This document shows positions 55,949 through 64,000 of a DNA stretch of 64,000 nucleotides, piece after piece (positions within the stretch are counted from its first letter, which is position 1; each line of letters starts with the position of its first letter). The notes under the pieces were generated by a model that did no database searches, was not told the DNA's origin, and saw only the letters and a program-made list of their open reading frames with translations. The stretch is from a virus. Lineage: Duplodnaviria > Caudoviricetes. A program made the translations under genes and the position numbers. The stretch covers positions 1 through 64,000 of the IMG/VR virus record IMGVR_UViG_3300029288_004108. One strand, given 5' to 3'.

Positions 55949-56866
55949 TTATATTGGACTTGGAAAATTATATCTTATACGTTCATTTACAATTCCACAA
56001 TGTTTCTTTAAATAATGAGAAGTAGCTTCAAGTTTTGAATGTCGAAGCTGATCCATTAATTCCCGCATTGAAATTCCTGACATATGTAAATTAGAAGCTC
56101 CTGTATGTTTAAATGAATAAAATTTTATGCTTTTTGATAAATTAAACTGATCACGAAATTTATTAAAACGCCAACGAAGCATATTAGTCGAACATGGGCG
56201 ATTTCCTATTACTTTCTTATTTCCAAATACAAATAAAGATTTATCAGCTATATCTATATGATATTCTTGACAAAGATCTATTAAATGTTGTGGCATTGTG
56301 ACAATTTGTCGTGTTTTATTCTTTGCTAACTCCTGTCGAACAGTAATTGTTCCCTGAATGCAATCAATATCTCCTACCTTTAATAATCGTAATTCTTTCC
56401 CTGGACGAATGAAACAGTAATACTGAATCATGCATGCCAGATAAAGCTGCGGATCCTTTTCTTTGATCTCGAGCAAGAGAGGTTTAAGAATGTCCTGGGG
56501 AATAATGTCAGCTCCCTGATCCGGTTTCTTCTTTGGCATGACAACAAGATCGAAAGGCAGGTATTCAACCTCTCCCCTTTTCAATGCATAGCGGAATAGC
56601 TGGCGAAGGTTCAGAAGAAAATGTTCGCATGATGGTTTATCAAGATTCCTTTCGCTTCCAAGATATAGGAAGAAGTCAGCCATGTTTTGCTGCGAGATCT
56701 TCCGCATAGGTATATCAGCCAGGCCCTTAATTTCAAGCCATTCCTTAAACACTCTGAAGTTATTTAGGTACGGCAAAAAGGATTTATGCTGGACTGCAAC
56801 CTCTTTCTCGGCCAGGAATCCGGGTATCATATCTTTCACCGTTTTATGTCGTCTGAATAAACTCAT
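55949..56866 (-). CDS. Tyrosine recombinase/integrase (XerC-sized)
   Basis: FIRPGKE (R), AKNK (K), YSFKHTGA, QLRHS (H), TSHY (Y). Confidence 0.9.
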   Translation of the reverse strand: MSLFRRHKTVKDMIPGFLAEKEVAVQHKSFLPYLNNFRVFKEWLEIKGLADIPMRKISQQNMADFFLYLGSERNLDKPSCEHFLLNLRQLFRYALKRGEVEYLPFDLVVMPKKKPDQGADIIPQDILKPLLLEIKEKDPQLYLACMIQYYCFIRPGKELRLLKVGDIDCIQGTITVRQELAKNKTRQIVTMPQHLIDLCQEYHIDIADKSLFVFGNKKVIGNRPCSTNMLRWRFNKFRDQFNLSKSIKFYSFKHTGASNLHMSGISMRELMDQLRHSKLEATSHYLKKHCGIVNERIRYNFPSPI

Positions 56867-57081
56867 TGATATATAACCATTACCCAGTAAGCTATGAAAC
56901 CGCCTCCGAAGGTAAGAGCCAGGTCAGACCAGTCGAAGATCTCTCTGTCATGGTATTTATCCCATAACTCCTTGCTTATACCAAAAAGAACAGCAATTGC
57001 TACTGACCATATCCCTGCGAACTGGAAGCAAGTTGTCAGGAAAAAGCCAGCCAAAAAATGAAGTATTAAATCTGTTCTCAT
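56863..57081 (-). CDS. Small membrane protein, paralog of 55660-55947
   Basis: LHFLAG...SKELWDK...DLALT motif. Confidence 0.62.
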   Translation of the reverse strand: MRTDLILHFLAGFFLTTCFQFAGIWSVAIAVLFGISKELWDKYHDREIFDWSDLALTFGGGFIAYWVMVIYQ

Positions 57082-57112
57082 TTCGTTGTCGTAGTTATCC
57101 GTAAGTCACTAT

Positions 57113-59122
57113 CTATAAAGTTACTTCTGCATAAAATAATTCTCCTACTGTAACACCGCCTACTACTCCCCTATAACAGCTATACCACATCTTAACAATA
57201 TTACCTAAAACTATGGGCGAAATGCTCTGGGGTTGGTCAATAGAATCATCCCCCGCTGAATCACCAAGGACTTTCCCCAATTTATACCATGTTATTAAAT
57301 CTTCGGAATAAGCAAGCCCAATAGAATTATTTGCCCCATCATAAGCCCAGTACCACATATACCATAACCCATTTATAAGAACAGGTATTGATGGTCTAAT
57401 ATAATAGTCGTCAAATTCCCCCGATAGCCCAACAGAAATTAATGGGTTATTGGCATGTTTTGTCCAGTTGATACCGTCAGGAGATGTGGCTAACCCTATT
57501 TTATATGTATTGGGGGATGTTGCCTTTGCACCGGCATAAAACATATAATAAGTTGATCCATTTTTAATTACACAAGGATGATGAACAAAATTATCGTCCC
57601 ATGCTCCTGATGCACCACGTTCTAATACAGAACCGACTTTTGTCCAAGTATTGCCATCAGTTGATGTCGCATATCCTATCTTGTCCCAAACATCTGATCC
57701 ATTAATAGCATCAAACCACATCTTCCAATCACTAACACCGTCATAGATTACCGAAGGATCAGCCTGCCCTTTTTCATCAAATGATCCCACTCCCCCTACT
57801 GCTAATAATGGGCTTGATTTTACAGAAAATGTCAAACCATCAGCAGATGTTCTTTTTTCAATAGTCCATATAGGTGTAGTAGCGTGTTGTGTTTCTTCAA
57901 AAAAATGATAAGTATTACCGACTAAGGTCATTGCCCTTGCGTTAATATTATCTATACTTAATGCATCCCCATTCGCAACAGGATCATTTAGATCATCATC
58001 AAGTGAATTTTTATAACCATTGAATGCATCAGTAAGCATAATAACATTCGCCTCAGTCATGTATTTACCTATAAAAGAAAATGAAATTTGAGATGTAGAA
58101 AACAGAGTCGCTGTACCATTATCATTCTGTGCTAATTCATATATTTCGTGTGCAGATAACGCTCTCGATAATGCCGTCCCTGTGTATGAATCAAATGCAA
58201 CTTTATTATGGTATGCTTTTAGGTCTGTTAGGTTTGCACCATTCCTTATAGCGATAAACATCCCAGAACCATCTGTTGTGGCTTTTGTTAAGTCTCCTGA
58301 ACCGGGGAAGTGGTTTAGTCTCATATAACTTATATCCCCTGTGAATCGTGCAAGAATATTTATATAAGTATCATCCCCTGTAATTACATCTGCTGTACCG
58401 AACTGACAACTTGCAGTTAACGCAGACGTGTTTATATACACCCCAAATGATGCATCGTTTTGAGCTAATCTAACAGCGTTTGTCGATGGCACATAATTAC
58501 TTCGTAAATAAGAACTTGTCCCGTTGCCGGAAAATCCAGCAAAAGCCTGAAATGGGACGGCATTAACAAGAGTAGCGTGATAAGCATTCCCTATGATATT
58601 TTTCAATGAACTTTCTGATGTCTGCCCCATATAAATGCGCATATAATCAAATTGTTCAGAGAGGCTTGTAATGCCGAATCCTTGTTTAATGGTGTATATA
58701 AATCTGCCTAATCTTGATAGTTGCTTAGAAGACAGCGATGTAGAAAGTCCTGTTATATATGTATTTAAGTCTGCATCTATCACAACATTATTTGTTACAT
58801 TAGTTGTCCCCCCCGTCTTAACAAAAGTCATAACAACTACATCACCATAAACAACTGCACTTGCCAAAACAACTGTCCAAACATTACCCGCCCATGATGC
58901 AGAAATGACCACCCTCGCCACACCATTTACAGTACAGGTTATATCAGTAGCTAAAAGCGAAGTCCTTGCAGCCGGGAAAGTCAAAACTACATGAGTAGGT
59001 GCAGCATTCTCAACCGTCGCTGAAATCAGTGAAGACCAGTACGTACTGCCCGAAATTCCTTCACTTTTAATAGATGACTTAACAATTGGTCGAATTATGT
59101 TTTTCACTACTGATTTAATCAT
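57113..59122 (-). CDS. Multidomain protein with a C-terminal glycoside-hydrolase-like five-bladed beta-propeller
   Basis: QADPSVIY, WKMWF, IGYATSTDG..W, HHPCVIK, IGLATSPDG..WTK, IRPSI (GH43/32/130 clan pattern). Beta-rich N-terminal domains. Confidence 0.68.
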   Translation of the reverse strand: MIKSVVKNIIRPIVKSSIKSEGISGSTYWSSLISATVENAAPTHVVLTFPAARTSLLATDITCTVNGVARVVISASWAGNVWTVVLASAVVYGDVVVMTFVKTGGTTNVTNNVVIDADLNTYITGLSTSLSSKQLSRLGRFIYTIKQGFGITSLSEQFDYMRIYMGQTSESSLKNIIGNAYHATLVNAVPFQAFAGFSGNGTSSYLRSNYVPSTNAVRLAQNDASFGVYINTSALTASCQFGTADVITGDDTYINILARFTGDISYMRLNHFPGSGDLTKATTDGSGMFIAIRNGANLTDLKAYHNKVAFDSYTGTALSRALSAHEIYELAQNDNGTATLFSTSQISFSFIGKYMTEANVIMLTDAFNGYKNSLDDDLNDPVANGDALSIDNINARAMTLVGNTYHFFEETQHATTPIWTIEKRTSADGLTFSVKSSPLLAVGGVGSFDEKGQADPSVIYDGVSDWKMWFDAINGSDVWDKIGYATSTDGNTWTKVGSVLERGASGAWDDNFVHHPCVIKNGSTYYMFYAGAKATSPNTYKIGLATSPDGINWTKHANNPLISVGLSGEFDDYYIRPSIPVLINGLWYMWYWAYDGANNSIGLAYSEDLITWYKLGKVLGDSAGDDSIDQPQSISPIVLGNIVKMWYSCYRGVVGGVTVGELFYAEVTL

Positions 59123-59134
59123 AGTCTGTAATTG

Positions 59135-59512
59135 TTACCAATCAAAACCAAACCGTACACTGCCACTTGTATATTCATCACTACGTACACCGGCACGCCA
59201 TACTACACCCATGCCATTATCATCAATCTCTACCCGATTACCAATAGCAAACGTTGATCCATCCAACGAATCAAAATCAGTCCAATCGGCATCACCTGGA
59301 CATTTAAATTGTAAAGCTACCGTAATAGTAGATGCTGCCGAAGGTGCTTCAGATTGTTCAAGAGCAGCCTCTCTGATCGAAAAGAAAATTCTGCCTCCTA
59401 ACTTCTGTATGTGTCGTGCATCAATCTCTTTGGTAAAATACCCAGTTGATCCGGGCAAAGTATCAACTGTTGCATACTCATAATTATTACCTGAACTTTG
59501 TGAATTTGCCAT
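59135..59512 (-). CDS. Hypothetical beta-rich protein
   Basis: 125 aa, VWRAGV, FGFDW end. Confidence 0.6.
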   Translation of the reverse strand: MANSQSSGNNYEYATVDTLPGSTGYFTKEIDARHIQKLGGRIFFSIREAALEQSEAPSAASTITVALQFKCPGDADWTDFDSLDGSTFAIGNRVEIDDNGMGVVWRAGVRSDEYTSGSVRFGFDW

Positions 59513-59531
59513 TTCTTTATCGTTTTATAGT

Positions 59532-60230
59532 TTATGAACTAAATGCCGGAGCATTGGTAGTATCTAACATTGATCCTAACTCCAAAGCCACCCACTGAGA
59601 ACCATTCCATTGTAAAAGTGCAAATTCTCCAGTAGTATTAAACGTAAGTGTACTAACATCACTGCCAAATGTCCCTGTGACTTTTCCTTCACCACTGCCA
59701 ACGGAGTCTCCACCGTCGGCTTTCATCAGTATCTTTTTTAACTGTCCTGTAACCGTTCCATCGGGGAGTATAAAAGTATCTCCGGCAGAATCAGTGGAAA
59801 TAAGTGAAAGATATTTATCTACATCGAGAGTTGTTTCAGATTCTCCTGCCGATATCTCTTCCTGAGCTTCATAGAGTTTATTAAGAATAGCCCGGGTTTC
59901 TTCAACAGTCTTTTTGACAAACGCACCAGAACCACTGGCAACCACAAAATCATTTGCCGCTGTGGCTAAAGCATGTGTGACATAAGCGGTTGTGGCTGTA
60001 TATGCGGCTGAACCAAGACTCAATGTGGTTTTAACCTGAGCAAGAGTCTGTTTTGCAAATGCTCCGGAACCTGATGCTACGAGAAAATCATTAGCAGCCG
60101 TTGCAAGTGAATGTTTTACATACTGGGTTTCCGGATTGGAACCAAGATTTAACCGAGTACGGAGTTCCGTAAGACGTTCTCCTGCCCCAGCACCTTTCAG
60201 AGTGTATAATTCTTTTACTACTTTTTTCAT
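59532..60230 (-). CDS. Fibre-like protein with an internal 46-aa tandem repeat
   Basis: YVKHSLATAANDFLVASGSGAFAK and YVTHALATAANDFVVASGSGAFVK. RTRLNLGS and KTTLSLGS motifs. Confidence 0.6.
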   Translation of the reverse strand: MKKVVKELYTLKGAGAGERLTELRTRLNLGSNPETQYVKHSLATAANDFLVASGSGAFAKQTLAQVKTTLSLGSAAYTATTAYVTHALATAANDFVVASGSGAFVKKTVEETRAILNKLYEAQEEISAGESETTLDVDKYLSLISTDSAGDTFILPDGTVTGQLKKILMKADGGDSVGSGEGKVTGTFGSDVSTLTFNTTGEFALLQWNGSQWVALELGSMLDTTNAPAFSS

Positions 60231-60253
60231 TTCTTTTTATGTTATGCGTTGTG

Positions 60254-60261
60254 CAAATTTA
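60254..60261 (-). promoter_or_regulatory. Bacteroidota-type -7 promoter box TAAATTTG(CA)
   Basis: Matches TAnnTTTG, 24 nt upstream of ATG 60230. Overlaps the GIY-YIG stop. No clear -33 TTTG. Confidence 0.5.
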
Positions 60262-61050
60262 TATAATTTTCTTGCGTTTACTTTCACTTATTTTCATTCT
60301 TGTTTCCATGGAGACAATACGTCCTGTTCTTTTCTCAGCAGATTTCCTTACTGATTCCGGATTTTTCTTCCTTCCTTTCTGATATAAAGCTATTTTCTCT
60401 TTGGTTTCCTCAGAATGATGAAATCCTTTATTCCAATGACCCCCTCTTTCTTCTATTGCTTTACAAAGGCTTTTTGATAATTTCCTTTTAGTCTCTTCAG
60501 AAATTTTACATCCTTTATGAGAAATACTCTGGTGGAGAAGGGCTTCCGGACTTGCTTTCTTTCCTTTATTCCAAGGTACTTGTGATCCCTTTTTCCCTTT
60601 ATTCCAAGGGGGAGTTTTCATTTTCCTTCCTTTACTCCAAGGAATATGACCTAATAAAGTTTTGGAAATTTGTTGCCGTTGCTCAATTGGTATAATTTTA
60701 CCTTTTTGGGACTCTGATATTTTTCTTTTTGTTTCCTCTGTAAATTTTACTCCTAAATTACTTTCAGCCTTCTTCCGAATATTAAAAGCAGGATGAAGTA
60801 AATCCATATAATATTGTTCTCTTTCTATTAATTTTTTCTTAGGGCAACTCTCTACTATAGAAAACACTAAATCATCTACCCCATATTTATTTGTATGATT
60901 TTGTAAGTGTCGAGTATTTTTATTATACCGAAGGGACATAATATGTTCTTTCCAACGCTTTCCTATATTAACGGCACTTCCAATATAAATCTTTCCATTT
61001 ATTTTGGATTGAATTTGATAAATTCCAGATATATGTCTAAATCTAATCAT
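60259..61050 (-). mobile_element. GIY-YIG homing endonuclease with NUMOD3 repeats
   Basis: GIYQIQSKINGKIYIG, REQYYMD, repeated PWNKG and SEETKRKIS. Immediately downstream of terL. Confidence 0.92.
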
Positions 61051-61053
61051 TTG

Positions 61054-62568
61054 TTAAGTAATCCTCTGAGCAAACTTTTTCTGTGTTAAATGGCTAAAAG
61101 CCCCGCTACAGGCATCAGTCTGATCTTTGTACGTGGAAGCTGGGAAAAACCGAAGCTCTTCTATTAAATCCCTGTGCCAATTTCCAATCAGGAGCATTAC
61201 ATTCCCATTGTTTACCTGAACGGAAAATGGATCAGCTCTAAATGCCTTATCACCTGTTGGTCTCTCAGCATAAGCCAAATAACCACCCAAATTACGAATT
61301 GTCCCTTCAGCTGATTCCTTACCACCTGAACCTGGTTCCTGTTCTATCCAAATGTGACATGATTTCCCATCCGTTTCCGCTACGTTTCTTATTATCCTTT
61401 CCCTTTCGTCTGTCCCCCAACGACCACGCTTTACATCCTCTATAACCCAGCGACCACTCATCAATAATGACATCTTCACCCCCGCTGTCCACGCTCCGGC
61501 ATCCTGTGTTCCAGCTTTATCCCAATAACGGACTGTTTTTACAATGTGTGCAGGAGAAGGCATTTGGGTAAGGACTGTAAACCTATCAACCTTGAACATT
61601 CCTCCACCTGGAGGAGTCGGATTCTGTCCGATCTGTCCGGCATAACCATATTGACCAAGGTCAGCCTGAAGGTCTTCCAACACCGGCCAAGACAGCCGAC
61701 TTGGATCCATCAGATCATCTTTGTAGTATTTTATCAACTCCGGAGGTGACACCTGCTTACGAAAATTCCGGCATTCTCCGGGAATACATATATGTTTAAT
61801 ATTTTCCTTTTGTTTTGTCAGCATGTGCCCCGATGGATCATCCTGATGAAGACGCTGCATTATTAATATGGTAGGGGTAGTAGCTTTATCGGTTTTACGG
61901 GTAGAGAGCGTTTGTTCCATCCACCGGTTTGCATTCCCGAGTTCAATCTCGGATATTGCCTGAGTGGGATTAATCGGATCATCCACGATCAATATATCAC
62001 CATGAAATCCCATAAGGGTACCACCGACGGATGTTGAAAACCGATATCCACCCGGAGTGATTTTTGGAGGACGACCTGGAGATACCACTTCTTTTTTCAC
62101 CATTTTGAAATTTGACTTGGTATCCTTATCCTCTTTTATGTCGATGTCAGGATAGAGTTCCTGGAATTTTCCCGATCTCACCAATTCCCTACAAGACTCT
62201 GCAGATTCCAACGACAAAGCTCCCGAGTAGGATGCACAGATAAACCTCATCCACCACCACCGGGTCCAGCACCATACGGGAAACATTATTGAACATGTGA
62301 TAGTTTTTGTGCTACCAGGTGGTACATTGATAATTGCATCATATTCCTTTGGTTTTTTCTCCGCTACCCGATAAGCGATATGTTCCAGCTCTCCACAAAG
62401 ATACTCGATATGCCAGTTGGGTTGAAATTGATGAGCGGAGACGACAGGCCAGAAATACTGGAGAAAATGATAAAAAGACCGATTATTAAGTTCCCGGATT
62501 ATAAGGAGGGGATTTTCCAATAATACCCGCATCCTTTCCTTTTTTGATTCTACATCAATCTCCGGCAT
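61054..62568 (-). CDS. terL: Terminase large subunit
   Basis: INVPPGSTKT, LIVDDP, IMQRLHQDD, RYWDKA, EQEPGSGG, KDQTDA. Confidence 0.93.
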   Translation of the reverse strand: MPEIDVESKKERMRVLLENPLLIIRELNNRSFYHFLQYFWPVVSAHQFQPNWHIEYLCGELEHIAYRVAEKKPKEYDAIINVPPGSTKTITCSIMFPVWCWTRWWWMRFICASYSGALSLESAESCRELVRSGKFQELYPDIDIKEDKDTKSNFKMVKKEVVSPGRPPKITPGGYRFSTSVGGTLMGFHGDILIVDDPINPTQAISEIELGNANRWMEQTLSTRKTDKATTPTILIMQRLHQDDPSGHMLTKQKENIKHICIPGECRNFRKQVSPPELIKYYKDDLMDPSRLSWPVLEDLQADLGQYGYAGQIGQNPTPPGGGMFKVDRFTVLTQMPSPAHIVKTVRYWDKAGTQDAGAWTAGVKMSLLMSGRWVIEDVKRGRWGTDERERIIRNVAETDGKSCHIWIEQEPGSGGKESAEGTIRNLGGYLAYAERPTGDKAFRADPFSVQVNNGNVMLLIGNWHRDLIEELRFFPASTYKDQTDACSGAFSHLTQKKFAQRIT

Positions 62569-63052
62569 CCGCTTGTGGTAATTGTTTTGATATTATGGAT
62601 TTCATCAACATCAATTCCTCCGACGACATATCATCCATATTAAAATTATTGATATTGACTGTCCGATTATCTGTTATGGAAATATTATGAGATTCCGACC
62701 ATTTCTCCCGCTGACGGAGAGAGAGCCATTTATTTGCCGCCCACGCATCAGGTCCTTTATACTTTTTAACTGTTGTAATAATCACCTCTCCTTTCACCAC
62801 ATGGACAACTTCCTCTTCATATTCATACCCCATTGCACACTTTAACAACGACTCAGCCACCTTAGCGTCAGTCTGAATTTTCCCTCTCTCCATTGCTTCA
62901 GAGAACTCGGGTTTTGTGCGTTTCCAAAAATCAATCGTAACGGGTTCCACTCCCAACACCTCAGCCACCTCCCGATCGGTTGCCCCAAGCAGACACAATA
63001 AATATACCTGCCTTGATAAATCCTCCTTCCACTTTATTGGGTATTTTGACAT
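62555..63052 (-). CDS. terS: Terminase small subunit
   Basis: LGATDREVAEVLGV...WKRTKPEFSEAM HTH, VAESL, WLSLR. Confidence 0.85.
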   Translation of the reverse strand: MSKYPIKWKEDLSRQVYLLCLLGATDREVAEVLGVEPVTIDFWKRTKPEFSEAMERGKIQTDAKVAESLLKCAMGYEYEEEVVHVVKGEVIITTVKKYKGPDAWAANKWLSLRQREKWSESHNISITDNRTVNINNFNMDDMSSEELMLMKSIISKQLPQADAGD

Positions 63053-64000
63053 TCCTCAAAATTTTTCCAGTCAAAAATAAAATTTCTTTTCAGATAACAA
63101 TCATCCAATTCAATTATTCATATACATTTTTTCAATTTTCCAATTTTCAGATATTCATGGAATATTTTTCAACACGTATCATTTTTCATAAAATCTTTGG
63201 AGGAATTTTTTCATTCCAAAACCAAAATAAAATTTTGAAAATTTTTACCCACTAATAAAATAAAGAGTTCCAAGATAAAAACACCAAATCTGAAAAACAA
63301 TCGATCCCTATATATAGATAAATATGATTATATCAGTATATATTTATTGGAGGAATAATTCCTTTTTCTCGTTTGGAGATGAGAATATTCCGGAAAACAC
63401 GGTGCAGACCATTTTGACACGTCAGAATTTTAGTGGGGTCCTTGACCCGATTCCCCAATATCCATCCGTCAGATAGGGGGGTCCCTATCTGATCATATCT
63501 ATATATGTAGATATATCCATATATTGATTGATCCCGTATCGTATTGATATATTGATATATGTAAATGTTTCTGTATCTATGATACGATACATATCTAATT
63601 ATCAATATATGTTATTTATTCATTATTTTATTTTTAAATTGATCACCTGGGTTCAGTAGGGGTCAGGGGACTTTTTGATATTTTCAGATTCCCATATCTA
63701 TATATTTACATACTTATATATTTACCTAATTATATATACATTGATACCCCTCCTATTCATATATTACCCCTTCTCCGGGAAGAATACAATACATATGATC
63801 ATATCTACATATATCTATTATTCCTCCTCCTTACATATATACATATCTATATTTATTCCTCCTCTCTTTGATATTGATCTTTTATATATTCCTATTCATC
63901 TTTTTCATTATTATGTGTCTTTTCTCCTTATTTTATATTCCTGGATATCAGTCTACATCATTATTTAGAATCATTATAAATTACGGTTTATTATTAAAAT
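63053..64000. other. Long AT-rich, apparently non-coding region with local repeats
   Basis: TA-dinucleotide runs, inverted repeats, three GGGGTC hexamers, and an ATATCTA(T)..TTATTCCTCCTC direct repeat. Only low-complexity ORFs. Confidence 0.55.
63072..63079 (-). promoter_or_regulatory. Possible TAnnTTTG box (TATTTTTG) upstream of terS
   Basis: About 20 nt upstream of ATG 63052. AT-rich context, so a chance match is possible. Confidence 0.3.

Noticed and set aside
1437-62000. Numerous 60-140 aa antisense or alternate-frame ORFs in the track (e.g. 1437-1655, 12815-13159, 36967-37380, 59097-59483)
   Set aside because: They lie fully within well-supported genes and have no motifs, so they are treated as shadow ORFs.
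63380-63490. Possible tRNA in the GC-richer patch
   Set aside because: No cloverleaf or T-loop GTTC consensus could be built.
63333-63968. ORFs 63333-63605 (-) and 63675-63968 (+)
   Set aside because: Ile/Tyr-rich translations of TA-repeat DNA with no protein-like composition.
1-64000. CRISPR array, rRNA, IS elements, DGR reverse transcriptase
   Set aside because: No regularly spaced repeats, rRNA-like sequence, transposase or RT motifs were seen by eye.

Overview
The window is a large part of a tailed dsDNA phage genome with siphovirus-like tail genes. The host is probably Bacteroidota, judged from SPII-like lipoprotein signals, TAnnTTTG boxes, A-rich leaders and a YSFKHTG-type tyrosine recombinase. 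No primase/helicase or queC is present, so the genome extends beyond the window. The left arm (1-21949, + strand) starts with a 7-deazaguanine DNA-modification cluster: queD, queE, a SAM methyltransferase, folE and an intein-containing dpdA. Five unannotated paralogous mini-ORFs of the form MKIYxA...LLSY surround dpdA. Then come a beta-clamp, a DNA methyltransferase, a split family-A polymerase (UDG-exonuclease plus polymerase), a DnaX-like clamp loader, UvsY/SSB/RecA/RuvC, an HNH endonuclease and a fragmented SbcCD. The right arm (21946-63052, - strand) encodes terS, terL, a GIY-YIG endonuclease, fibre/propeller proteins, a tyrosine recombinase, lysis-like genes, portal, head, neck and tail. 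About 13 kb of glycosyltransferase, glycan-tailoring and nucleotide-sugar genes sit in two blocks inside the head module. The strongest candidates for undescribed biology are: (1) a split DpdA with several alternative N-terminal mini-subunits, apparently tethered to the phage clamp; (2) a large virion-glycosylation pathway that may build branched, methylated and sulfated glycans; (3) strong CCGG over-representation. All family calls come from motif recognition by eye, not database searches.
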